Positions 1 to 11,210 of a stretch of 64,000 bases of DNA are shown here, in pieces; position 1 is the stretch's first letter, and each line of letters opens with the position of its first letter. The notes beneath the pieces were generated by a model. It had not been told where the DNA came from. It searched no databases and saw nothing but the letters and a program-made list of their open reading frames with translations. Both the position numbers and the translations under genes were made by a program. Origin of the DNA: the human T2T-CHM13v2.0 reference genome, Homo sapiens; the NCBI RefSeq assembly GCF_009914755.1, contig NC_060928.1, one strand, 5' to 3'.

Positions 1-208
1 TTAGTTTTTTTTTATTTCTATAGATTTTTGGAAAACCGGTGGTATTTGGTTACATGAATAAGTTTTTTAGTGGTGATTTGTGAGATTTTGGTGCACCCAT
101 CTCACAAGCAGTATACACTGAACCCAATTTGTACTCTTTTATCCCTCACCCCCTCCCAACGCTTTCCCCCTGAGTCCCCAGAGTCCACTGTGTCATTCTT
201 ATGCCTGG
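1..208 (-). mobile_element. L1 3' end fragment (L1PB-like), interrupted by THE1
   Basis: T-rich start then 'gtggtatttggttacatgaataagttttttagtggtgatttgtgagattttggtgcacccatc', matching the recalled antisense L1PB 3' UTR. Confidence 0.75.
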
Positions 209-2959
209 TGTATTAGTTTGTTTTCATGCTGCTGATAAAGACATACCCGAGACTGGGAAGAAAAAGAGGTTTAATTGGACTTACAGTTCCACATGGCTGG
301 GGAGGCCTCAGAATCATGACAGGAGGCAAAAGGCACTTCTTACATGGTAGCAGTAAGAGAAAATGGGGAAGAAGCAAAAGCCAAAATCCCTGATAAACCC
401 ATCACATCTCATGAAACTTATTAACTACCGTGAGAATAGTATGGGAAAGACCATCCCCCATGATTCAATTACCTTCCCCTGGGTCCCTCCCACAACACAT
501 GGGAATTCTGGGAGATACAATTCAAGTTGAGATTTCAAAGGGAACACAGCTGAATCTTATTATTCTGCCACTGCCCCCTCTAAATCTCATGTCCTTGAAT
601 TTCAAAACCAATCATGCCTTCCAAACAGTCCCCCAAAGTCTTAACTCATTTCAGCATTAACCCAAAAGTTGACAGTATGAAGTCCCATCTGAGACAAGGC
701 AAGTCCCTTTTGCCTATGAGCCTGTAAAACCAAGCTAGTTACTTCCTAGATACAATGGGGGTATAGGTATTTGGTAGATACAGCTGTTCCAAATGGGAGA
801 AATTGACCAAAAGAAAGGGGTTACAGGGCCCATGCAAGTCCAAAATCCAGCCAGGCAGTCAAATTTTAAAGCTCCAAAATGATCTCCTTTGACTTCAGGT
901 CTCACATCCAGATCACACTGATACAAGAGGTAGGTTCTCATGGTCTTGGGCAGCTCTGTCCCTGTGGCTTTGTAGAGTACAGCCTACCTCCTGGGTACTT
1001 TCATGGGCTGACGCTGAGTGTCTGCAGCTTTTCCAGGCACACAACAGTGCAAGCTGTTGGTGGATCTACCATTCTGGGGTCTGTAGGACAGTGGCCCTCT
1101 TCTCACAGCTCCACTAGGCAGTGCCCTAGTAGGGACTATGTGTGGGGGCTCCAACCCCACATTTCCCTTCTGCACTGCCCCAGCAAAAGTTCTCCAAGAA
1201 GGCCCCACTCCTACAGCAAACTTTTGCCTGGGCATCCAGGCATTTCCATACATCTTCAGAAATCTAGGTGGAGGTTCCCAAACCTCAGCTCTTGACTTCT
1301 GTGCATCTGCAGGCTCAACACTGTAGGAGATCAGTCAAAGTGGTGGGAGAAATTATAGGCAAAGGGCACAAACCTTCGGAAAGGTCAGAAGGCTCTGCAA
1401 AGCTTCAGGGAGAATAAGATAAAGGCAGCTGTTCTCTTACCCTGAGGCAGTGGGTGAGAAGTAGGTACAAGGGAGTGCAGGGGAATTTATCTAAATAGGC
1501 TTGTTTACTCATTTTGACCAGAAAAAGACCTTTGATCATCCACGCGTGACCAGTTCCCTAAAAGGAGAATAATAAATGTTAATTACCCACAGACTGTGTT
1601 TGCTCCAGGCTTTCGGCATTATGCCTGTACTAAATAAAAGCAAGCAGCTCCAGCTTATCGAGGCTGCTCTTTTCTTTGGTCCCTAGTGCCAGCAGCCCCC
1701 TAGCTGCTCTTATACTGCATGCCTGTGTCTGAGTACTCCTTTCATCTGTCGCTTGGCCAGGGTCTGCGGGATGGACCCAGCAGCTGGTGCCCCTGTGAGA
1801 CTCAAAACTTCCAAGGCTTGAGGCTTCCACCCTCTGAAGCCACAGCCTGAGCTTTACATTGGCCCCTTTCAGCCATGGCTGGAGCAGCTGGAACACAGGT
1901 CACCAAGTCCCAAGGCTGCGCACAGCATGGGGACCCTGGGCCTGGCCCCCTAAACCACTTTTTCCTTCTGGACCTCTGGTCCTGTGATGGGAGGGGCTGC
2001 CCTGAAGGTCTCTGACATGGCCTGGAGACATGTTCCCCATGGCCTTGGGAATTAACATTAGGCTCCTTGCTACTTATGCAAATTTCTGCAGCTGGCTTGA
2101 ATTTCTCCCCAGAAAATGGGTTTTTGTTTTCTATCGTATAGTCAGGCTGCAAACTTCCCAAACTTTCATGCTCTGCTTCTCTTTTAAAACTGAATGCCTT
2201 TAACAGTACACAAGTCACCTCTTGAATACTTTGCCGCTTAGAAATTTCTTCCACCAGATTCCCTAAATCATCTTTCTCAAGTTCAATCTCTAGGGCAGGG
2301 ACAAAATGCCACCAGTCTCTTTGCTAAAACATAACAAGAGTCACCTTTGCTCCAGTTCCCAACAAGTTCCTCATTTCCATCTGAGACCACCTCAGCCTGG
2401 ATTTATTGTCCATGTTGCTACCAGCATTTTGGACAAAGCCATTCAACAAGTCTCTAGGAAGTGACAAACTTTCCCACATTTTCCTGTCTTCTTCTGAGTC
2501 CTCCAAACTGTTCCAACCTCTTCCTGTTACCCAGTTCCAAAGTCGCTTCCACATTTTTGGGTATCTTTTCAGCCACGCCCCACTCTACTGGTACCAATTT
2601 ACTGTGTTAGTCGATTTTCACACTGCTGATAAAGACATACTTGAGACTGGGAAGAAAAAGAGGTTTAATTGAACTTACAGTTCCACATGGCTGGGGAGGC
2701 CTTAGAATCACGGTGGGAGGTGAAAGGCACTTTTTACATGGTGGCGGCAAGAGAAAATGAGGAAGAAGCAAAAGCAGAAACCCCTGATAAATCCATCAGA
2801 TTTCATGAGACTTATTAAATATCATGAGAATAGTATGGGAAAAAGACTGGGCCCCATGATTCAATTACTTCCCCCTGGGTCCCTCCTGCAACACATTGGG
2901 AATTCTGGAAGATACAATTCAAGTTGAGATTTGGGTGGAGATAGGGCCAAACTGTGTCA
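209..2959 (-). mobile_element. Full-length THE1 (THE1C-like) MaLR retrotransposon: LTR 209-562, internal region, LTR 2603-2959
   Basis: Two similar ~355-bp direct repeats starting tgt(a/g)ttagt; THE1-internal sequence between them; 5-bp TSD cctgg (204-208) / cctag (2960-2964). Confidence 0.9.
1322..1800 (+). mobile_element. LTR22-like (HERV-K HML-5) LTR followed by primer-binding site, nested in THE1-int
   Basis: TG...CA ends (1322-1782), start tgtaggagatcagtcaaagtggtgggagaaattatagg, AATAAA 1633-1638, then tggtgcccctgtgaga (1785-1800) resembling a tRNA-Met PBS. Confidence 0.75.
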
Positions 2960-3249
2960 CCTAGCAAAGGATTTTTATGCTCATATTTTTCTTAGCCATT
3001 TTATTCAAAGCAGCTAGATGCCATAATTTATGCATCATCTGGAATCACTTAAATTTTTTCTGCAGAAGGTGTGATTGATAATTGTGAAAAATGTCAATAA
3101 TTGTCCTAGTGTCCAAAATGCCCCCCAAATCAAATAACCTTTGAATTGCTGAACGTAAGTGCAGGAATGTATAGTGGAGATCATGTAGGTCAATGCCACC
3201 AGTTTAAATCCATCCATTTGATTAATTGGACAAATATTTGCCTTATTTG

Positions 3250-4990
3250 TAAAAACTAAAGCCCCACCTGTCAGGTTCCCCTCAAGTACTAAGGGCAGAA
3301 TCGAAAATGCACAGATTTCTCATATTAAATGGAAGTGGAACACTTCATAGGGCAAGTCTGGTCTCATAGATAATTCTCCTTACACAAGTAAGTTGAGACC
3401 TCACCTTTAGGGTCTTCTTGTCCCTCTCTTGATTACTCAGAGGGACAGCTTTTGACTACCTGGAGACCACTCCCAGGAAGTCTGTGAGGATGCTGGGGCT
3501 TGGTTTACTGAAGACTAAAAGTGCTGGTGTCCACCTGGTGGCAGCAGCCATCTAGCCCTAGAGACAACTCTGGAAGAGCTGCTGCAGGAGGAGCCCGTAG
3601 CCCAATGAGCTATATGGAAAGCCATCACCTTTGCCTTATTCAGTGCTCGTAAGAACCAGACATGCCTTTTTCACCTACTCTTGGGTACAGCCAGCAAGCT
3701 GTCTGGTTGGTGACAACTGACCGGTATATTAAGGACACTCCTCTATGGGGCTATAAGCTATTGACAGCCACTACTGCAGCCTCAGGAGACATTTTTGTAA
3801 CCCTTGTGGATGCCATGGAAAGGATGCATATGAGGTGAGACAACATGAAGCCAGGTGGGTGACTGGACCCTCCAGCCCTGGTGGCCAGCATCACTGCCTC
3901 AATCCATTATTGGACTGGAGATGGTAATCTTGCCACTAACACAATAGACTCAAAAGTTAAACCTCATCTGAGTGCCACAGAGAATAAAATGGCCTACTGG
4001 GACTGTGGTTCCTCTGGTTCCTCTCCACAGTTGATCTCTCAGTCTAAAGGTGACAGGGATCATTAGCTCTGGGGGTGGGGCCTGACTTTGTCTGGCAAAT
4101 ACAATACGTTGGTCCTCTGCTGTCACCTGGTGGCCATTACTGGTACGCAGTGGTAATTGACAACTGTCATCATGGAGTTGCCATTCTGTGAAGCTGGCAG
4201 ATTCCGGCCACACCGTAGTGGCACTGGAGACTATTCTCTGCTTGGCTTAGTATCCGGTTCACTTGTAATTAGACGATGCCGTACTGTTCACAGCAATGGT
4301 GCCCCCAGTAGTGGGCTAATGGACAAAACATTCAATGCACATTTCATGTCCTTGGTCTCAGGTTGGCGTCATTTTTAAGTGGTAAGATAGACTTTGGAAG
4401 ATGTGACTGAGAAAATTACTAGACAAATGATGTTATCGGCACTGTGTCCTACACATCTTTAGCAGACAATGTGAGCATTACATGCAGCTGATCCTCAGAG
4501 GAAACATTCCCCTTGGAGGAGGTGTTTGGAGAAAATCAGGACAGAAGAGGCAGGGATTCAGGGAGATCGGTTCTCTATGTCTATGATTTCACCATAAAAT
4601 CTCTCAACCGCTGCTCTTTTTCTTTTTTTAAATTGACCCTACCACCTGGGAATCTTCACTGGTTTCATCATTATTTGACACCATCAGTGACAACACAAAG
4701 AGGGTGACTCCAATCTGTTGCTTCTACCACTCCCTGGTTTGGCTTATTGAATATGGAAGATCATATGATTAATTGCTAGAATTTGTGAACTGTAATGAAC
4801 TCTTTCAGTGGCTGAGTTCTACTACTGTTCCCAGCCCTCATGATTGGTGACCCATCAATGAGGAAGGCCTGGGTGTGGGTGAGTACTTGATTAATAAAGA
4901 TGGATGTAGCAGTTACTGAATTAGAACAAATAGATTATGTCACTGTCAAAGGAAAGGAGCACCCCCAGTATTAGGGAGAAACCACCCTTT
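3250..4990. mobile_element. Possible ancient ERVL-class internal fragments
   Basis: General resemblance to decayed ERV internal sequence only; no intact ORF or clear motif. Confidence 0.25.
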
Positions 4991-5119
4991 ACATTTCAGT
5001 GTATAAACCAATTTCAGTTCATTTTTTTGTATCAAGTAATAGTAGATATTCATATTTTTCTCATGGATATGCTGTTATTTCAGCACCTTTTGGTGAAAAG
5101 AATTTCCTTTTCTTTTTTA

Positions 5120-5500
5120 AAATTTCTTTATAAAATTCAAATAAAATACGTATATCATAAAATATGCCATCTTAACAATTTTAAGTGTATAATTTGGTAG
5201 TATTAATTACATTTGTTATGCAACCATCACTGCTGTCCACTTCAAGAACTCTTTTAATCTTATAAAACTAAAACTCTGTAAACATTAAACTAACTTCCCA
5301 TTCTCACCTCACCATAGTCTCTGGCAGCCAACATTCTACTTTTGGTATCTGTGATTTTTGACTAGTCTAGGTACTTCATATCAGTGGAATCATGCAGTAT
5401 TTGTCTTTTGTGACTGGCTTATTTTATCTGGCATAATGTACTCATGGTTCGTCCATATTGTAGCCTATGTCAGAATTATCTGCTTTAAGGTTTAACAAAG
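5120..5500 (-). mobile_element. Old L1M (L1MB-like) 3' fragment
   Basis: 'gtggaatcatgcagtatttgtcttttgtgactggcttattt' motif typical of antisense L1M 3' UTR. Confidence 0.7.
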
Positions 5501-5641
5501 CCTTTCCTTTTAGGATGACTGAAATATTGCTTGGCCAATGTTACTCTGCATAAAACACATGGAAATGTTAAAATACACATTTCTGGGCCTCACCCCAGAT
5601 ACTCTGGTTCAGTTTGTCTGTGGTGGGGCCTGAGAATTAGC

Positions 5642-5933
5642 ATTTTTTTTGAGATGGAGTCCTGTTCTGTCGCTCAGGCTGGAGTGCAGGGGCATGATTT
5701 TGGCTCATTGCAACCTCCGCCTCCCTAGTTCAAGTGATTTTCCTGCCTCAGCCTCCTGAGTAGCTGGGATTACAGGCACCTACCACCACGCCCAGCTATT
5801 TTTTGTATTTTTTAGTAGAGATAGGGTTTCGCCATGTTGGCCAGGTTTGTCTCAAACTCTTGGCCTAAGGTCATCTGCCCTCCTCGGCCTCTCAAAGTGC
5901 TGGGATTACAGGCATGAGCCACCGTCCCCGGCC
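5642..5933 (-). mobile_element. AluS inserted in a MER5-like fragment
   Basis: Alu consensus; TSD agaattagcattt on both sides. Confidence 0.93.
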
Positions 5934-6861
5934 AAGAATTAGCATTTCTAAAGCTCCCCAGCAGAAGCAGATGCCTCTGCCCCACCTGTCACCCTTTGGG
6001 TAGCACAGATTTTCATCTTTAAAATCACTGGTCAGCTATATGGTGATGTTAGTTTAAAATGTTGGTGAAAAATGGTCTGTGACAAATCCCAGCCTATCCT
6101 GTGATGTTTACAAATTGAACGCCATGAGCATTAGAATTGGGTGAACCTGGATTTCTCTGCTGTCCTGACTCTTAACAAGCTGTGTACAACTCACCTCTCC
6201 AGACTTTCAAGTCCCTTGGTTTATAATTGGGAATAAAACTACTTACCTCCTAGGGATGTAGTGAGAGCTATATGAGGGGGTGAGTGAAAGGCTCAGAGCC
6301 CTTATAAGAAATAGACTTGGTATGTCACAGTAGATGCTTGATGTATATATATTTTAGAAACTCAACCCCAGCAAACGTCCCCTGGCTGCCCCCACCCACC
6401 GCCTTCTGTGTCATCTCCAACACTCATCAATGTGTTGTCTTGGTTTCCACTACTTCACTGCACTTCTAAGATGTGAAACCTAGTTGGTTAGTTCATGTCT
6501 CCCCTAGCCAATGTGTTGCACAGTGCCTGGGACATAGTTGATGATGAATAAATATTTCTTAATTGTGTGAACTACATATAGAGGCCATATTAGTAGTCTT
6601 CAACTCAGGTTACACATAGAATTGCCTGGAAATTACTTAGGATACACCCCAGAGATTCTAATTCAATTAATTAAGGGCGGTGTTTCTCAAACTTGGCTGC
6701 ATATTAGAGTCACCAGGGGAAATGTAAAATTGCACATGCTCAGGCCCCATCCCTGGCCAGTTACACCGTAACCTCTGGTGCTGACGTCCAAGCACCAGTG
6801 TTTTTGAAAAGTTGCCCCAGGTGACTCCATTATGTAGCTAGGGTTGGGCACTGCTGGGCTA

Positions 6862-7288
<427 letters not shown>

Positions 7289-7414
7289 CTAATAAAATCT
7301 AATTTTCTTCCTTTCCAACTCTGTTGATTAATTTAATTGCTGAGTGTACAGGGTTGTTCTTTTTCAGGTTCACTTCTCTATCTTTTTGGCTAGTTGCTAT
7401 TGCTGCATGGTGGC

Positions 7415-7853
7415 TGTGCTGGGTTGAATAGTGCCCACCAAAAATTTATGTCCATTTGGAATCTGTGAATATGATCTTATTTGGGAATAGGGTGTTTGCA
7501 GACATGATGGAGTTAAGATAAGGTCTTTCTTGATTAGGATGGACCCTAATCCAATGGCTGGTGCCCTTATCAGGAGAGGGAAATTTGACACACACGCAAG
7601 GGAAAATTCCATGTGAAGACAGAGGCAGGGATTAGAGTGATATGTCTATAAGCCAAGGAATGTCAAGGATTCCAGCAACTTTAAGAAACTGACAGAGAGG
7701 CATTGAACAGATTTTCCCTGAGACCCTCCAGGAGAAACTAACTTTGGTGACATCTTGAGGCACTTCTTGCCTCCATCACTGTGAGAGAACACATTTCTGT
7801 TGCTTTAAGCCACCTAGTCTGTGTAATGCACGATGGCACCCTGAATAAAATAA
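7415..7853 (+). mobile_element. MLT1-family MaLR solo LTR
   Basis: tgtgctgggttgaatagtg... and 'ttctgttgctttaagccacctagt' MLT1 motifs. Confidence 0.75.
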
Positions 7854-7924
7854 TAGTGACTTCATGGGTATACATGATCCCTATAGCATCTAGGTATCAC
7901 GTTCATTAAGAAGACTAAAGTCGT

Positions 7925-8292
7925 ATTTCTGAAATCATTCTTTTATTTTGCACACACATAGCTGCTATTTACTGAACACTGGAAATTCATGAATGCGTTA
8001 CATATTTAAACTTTCATAGAAGGCTCAGATCAACAAAGCAAAACTTCTACAGATAATAAGTAGTTGTGTATGCTTGTCACTCTTGGGCCCATCAGCACCT
8101 GTTCCCTATCATATTGCTGAACTCTGCAAACTCCAGAAAGGAAGGTTTCTTTTCCAAACTTCAGAGAAGCTGCAGATCAAGAATTTGGGCCGTTGCATCT
8201 GATTAGAAACTCTCTTCTTCCAGTGTGAGAACGTTGGATTGAAAGCGGCATAATATAAAAAGAGATGGTTGTCTGTCAGGGAGAGGTCAGAT
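7925..8292 (-). other. FGFBP2: FGFBP2 exon 2 (entirely 3' UTR)
   Basis: Long poly-T tract + AG acceptor (8293-8294); sequence matches recalled FGFBP2 mRNA 3' UTR; 3' end approximate. Confidence 0.88.
7942..7947 (-). terminator. FGFBP2: FGFBP2 polyadenylation signal AATAAA
   Basis: tttatt on plus strand near the end of exon 2. Confidence 0.85.
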
Positions 8293-8346
8293 CTAAAAAA
8301 AAAAAAAAAGAAAAAAAAAGGAAGGGATGAAAAATTCTTTCTTTGT

Positions 8347-8738
8347 TGTTATGGGTTGAATTGTGTGAATTGTGTCCCTCCCAAAACCTAAAAACCGTAG
8401 ACTTAAGTCCTAACCTCCAGTACCTCAGGGAGCGTTTGTATTTAAAGATAGGGGCCATTAAAGAGGTGGTTAAGGTAAAATGGGGCTGTTTGGGTGGGAC
8501 TTCATCCAGTGTGAATGGTATCCTAACAAAAAGAGATGAGGACACAGACCCACGCAGAGGAATGACAGAGAGAAGGCTGCCATCTATGAGTCAAGGAGAG
8601 AGTCCTCAGAAGACACCAATCCTGCTGACACCTTGATCTTGGAATTTCAGTCTCCAGAATTGTGAGAAAATATATTTCTGCTGTTTAAGCCACCCATTCT
8701 GTGGTATTTTGCTATGGCAGCCCCAGCAAGCTAATACA
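8347..8738 (+). mobile_element. MLT1-family solo LTR in FGFBP2 intron
   Basis: tgttatgggttgaattgtg ... ctaataca termini and 'ccagaattgtgagaaaatatatttctgctgtttaagcc' motif. Confidence 0.8.
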
Positions 8739-10052
8739 GTAGTCCTATGCAGCTTATCTGCAGGATCAAGATATTGTTTTGAGCTTTAGCGCCTGTATGC
8801 ATCTGTATATACGCTGTACATCTGTCTGTGTAAATACGCATGGATGGATGTCTAAATGGGTACTCTTCTGTTAACATTGTTTATCTCTGTGTGGTGGGAT
8901 TATGGATGAAGTTTTAAAATTCTTTGTATTTTTCTGTTGTGTTTGAATTTTTCAAATGATTTGTATGTCTTATTTGTAGAAAGACCAAAAAAATCACTTT
9001 AAAAAGAAAAAAAAAAGGACCTCCTCTCAATAGTAACTTTTTTTGGCTTAAGTGTCCCCTTTTCTCCTCTGGGACAGATCTGAAATCTTAAACAAGCAGA
9101 AAACCTCCAGCCCAGAACAGCAGACACCAAAACAACTTTGTTGTGAACCAACATTTCTTGCTGCCTGGGCGCTTGTAGAAAAAGCCTTATTTGTTTGGTG
9201 GTATTCGTTATCAAAGTGCTGTTTATCAGGAAATCTGCTTTGTTCCTATTTTTCTTACATAGATAATATGAAAAAAACTCAGAAACTCTCCTTTTAAACT
9301 CAAAGTGCACAAGTAAGACTAGAATCCCATGTAAATGAACTCCTTACTGGTGTGCAAAATTAATGAAAGCTGCTACATTTAAGGATAGAGATCAGTAATA
9401 AGCCTTATTTCCACAAGAAAAAGTTTGGTCTTTTAAAAGCAATACTTGGAGTTGATTAAATCTGTTATTATTAATTAGATTTTCTCCTCTGTGATGAACA
9501 AAAAACAATTAAAGGCTTTGAGAGCTGTGAGAAAGACTTTAAAGACTATTTGACTCAAACTTTCCTCAGTGCACAACACTCCCCACCCTAACTTGACTGT
9601 AGGAGAAAAAACTGAGAACAAGACGGGGTGTGGCGACACCTCCACCATGACATAGCACCTCGGCCACTAACAGCTGCAGCAAATGCTTGGTTCATTAGGA
9701 AACGTTACCCGGCAGAATTCCAAAGGCCTCGGTCTAACAGTGAGGTGGTTCCATCACAAGGAGATTCTCAACCTTGGCTGCACATTCAAATCACTTGGGG
9801 GAGAGTTTTAAAAGTCCACATTCCTGCGCTACTATGTTGGAGACATAGATGGAACGGTCTGGCGAGGGGCCTGGGCATCAGCATTTTTAGAGCTCCTTGT
9901 AGGTGATTCCTATGCAACTCCAGGGTCAAGTGCCACTCCGGATGAACTACCTCATCTACACTGCTCTGCAACAGACAGCCTCAAACCCACCCCCAAACAC
10001 ACGCTGAGACTCTGATGTGGTCGCAGCAGCTGTGAAAGTGCTAAGTGCCTCT

Positions 10053-10102
10053 CACGTAGTCTCTGTATATAAGTATATACACGTAGTCTCTGTATATGAG
10101 TA
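10053..10102. repeat. 27-bp tandem duplication (about 2 copies)
   Basis: cacgtagtctctgtatat(a/g)agta at 10053 and 10080. Confidence 0.9.
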
Positions 10103-10138
10103 AAGGAAAGGGTATTACCTGTAGGGGTCTTTCACCTG

Positions 10139-10810
10139 TCACCCTCGGAAGAAGCTGATGAGAAAGGCGCACAGGGCCTGGAAGGGTTTCCAACAATGTT
10201 CCCAGGCCTTCTTCTTTGCTTCCTCATTCCCTCCGGGCCTGGGTCCAGGCTGGGTAGGTTTGGCTGTGGGTCGGGTGGTGGGTTTGGCTTTTCCCAGCTC
10301 TTCCATCGAGTCCTTTCCCAGCTGTGTTGCTTCTGTGAGTTTCACTGTGGCCTTGGGCCTCAGAGATGGCGTCCCAGCCTCAGGCTGCTGGTTGGGCTCT
10401 GGGCTGCCCTTGAGGCTGGAAGTCACCTGCTGCATATGGGCCTGGGGTCCAGCCTCCCTGCACACGGATGGCCTAAGCACCGGGGCCCCCTGGCACGCAT
10501 GGTGAAGGCGCCTCAGCTCCTGCAGGGCTTGATTCCAGTAAGATTTGGGGTCAGCAGCGAAAGCCTGGCACATGCTGGGCTGCCCCCTGTACTCACACCA
10601 GTAGGTCTGGTCTGTGTTGCGGCAGTCGACGCGAAGCCAGACTTCTCCAGCACCTTGCCCCAAGCTGCTGGGACGCATAGTGCAGGAATCTCTCCCTCCA
10701 GTCTGGAAATGGAATTCCTCCCCAGTGCTTCCTTGCTTTTGCCTCGGGGCCTGACCCAAAGTCCCCAGGCAGGACAAGGTCACCAGCAGGAGGCAGGGGA
10801 CGAACTTCAT
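10139..10810 (-). CDS. FGFBP2: Fibroblast growth factor-binding protein 2 (KSP37), 223 aa, single coding exon
   Basis: MKFVPCLLLVTLSCLGTLG signal peptide ... CWKPFQALCAFLISFFRG*; GCCATG start at 10810; donor CAG|GTAAT at 10119/10118, 20 nt after the stop. Confidence 0.98.
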   Translation of the reverse strand: MKFVPCLLLVTLSCLGTLGQAPRQKQGSTGEEFHFQTGGRDSCTMRPSSLGQGAGEVWLRVDCRNTDQTYWCEYRGQPSMCQAFAADPKSYWNQALQELRRLHHACQGAPVLRPSVCREAGPQAHMQQVTSSLKGSPEPNQQPEAGTPSLRPKATVKLTEATQLGKDSMEELGKAKPTTRPTAKPTQPGPRPGGNEEAKKKAWEHCWKPFQALCAFLISFFRG

Positions 10811-10869
10811 GGCGATACTCCGATAAACTTGCTTGCAACTCTGCACCAGGAGAGAGAACACAAGTGGGA

Positions 10870-11210
10870 CGAGTCACCCTTTAAAGGGTGCTGCACAAAA
10901 GACTCTTTCTCTGCAAGGGTGGGGAGGATGTTTTGCAGCAAATGAGAAACATGCCCACAGACCTTAGACACGTAACACTTGGCAAGGGCAGAGCAGCCAC
11001 CAGGGGCCGCCCACCACAAGCAAAGGGAATGGTTTTCCTGAGTGCCTCAGAGAGATCTGCCCCAGCCCTGTCACGCACAAAGCGCCACACACAGCTTTGG
11101 GGCTGAGGGTTTTACAGTTTTCCAACCACAGGGTGCTTGCTCTAAAATTGGCCCTTGTACGGGAACAGCCTTCTTTGTCAACATTTGGTATATGCCAAGG
11201 TGTGGCAGTG
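10870..11210 (-). promoter_or_regulatory. FGFBP2: FGFBP2 proximal promoter (putative)
   Basis: TTTAAA inside a 16-bp palindrome (10875-10890), GC box 11007-11012, RUNX ACCACA 11013-11018 and 11125-11130, T-box half site AGGTGTG 11198-11204. Confidence 0.55.

Noticed and set aside
430-2672. Several 60-150 aa ORFs
   Set aside because: All lie in THE1/LTR sequence and are typical decayed MaLR translations
10811-10861. 17-aa N-terminal extension of FGFBP2 in the ORF track (240 aa)
   Set aside because: Non-ATG start near or upstream of the likely TSS; the signal peptide begins at the ATG at 10810
10196-10945. 249-aa ORF antisense to FGFBP2
   Set aside because: Shadow of a GC-rich CDS; no recognisable domain
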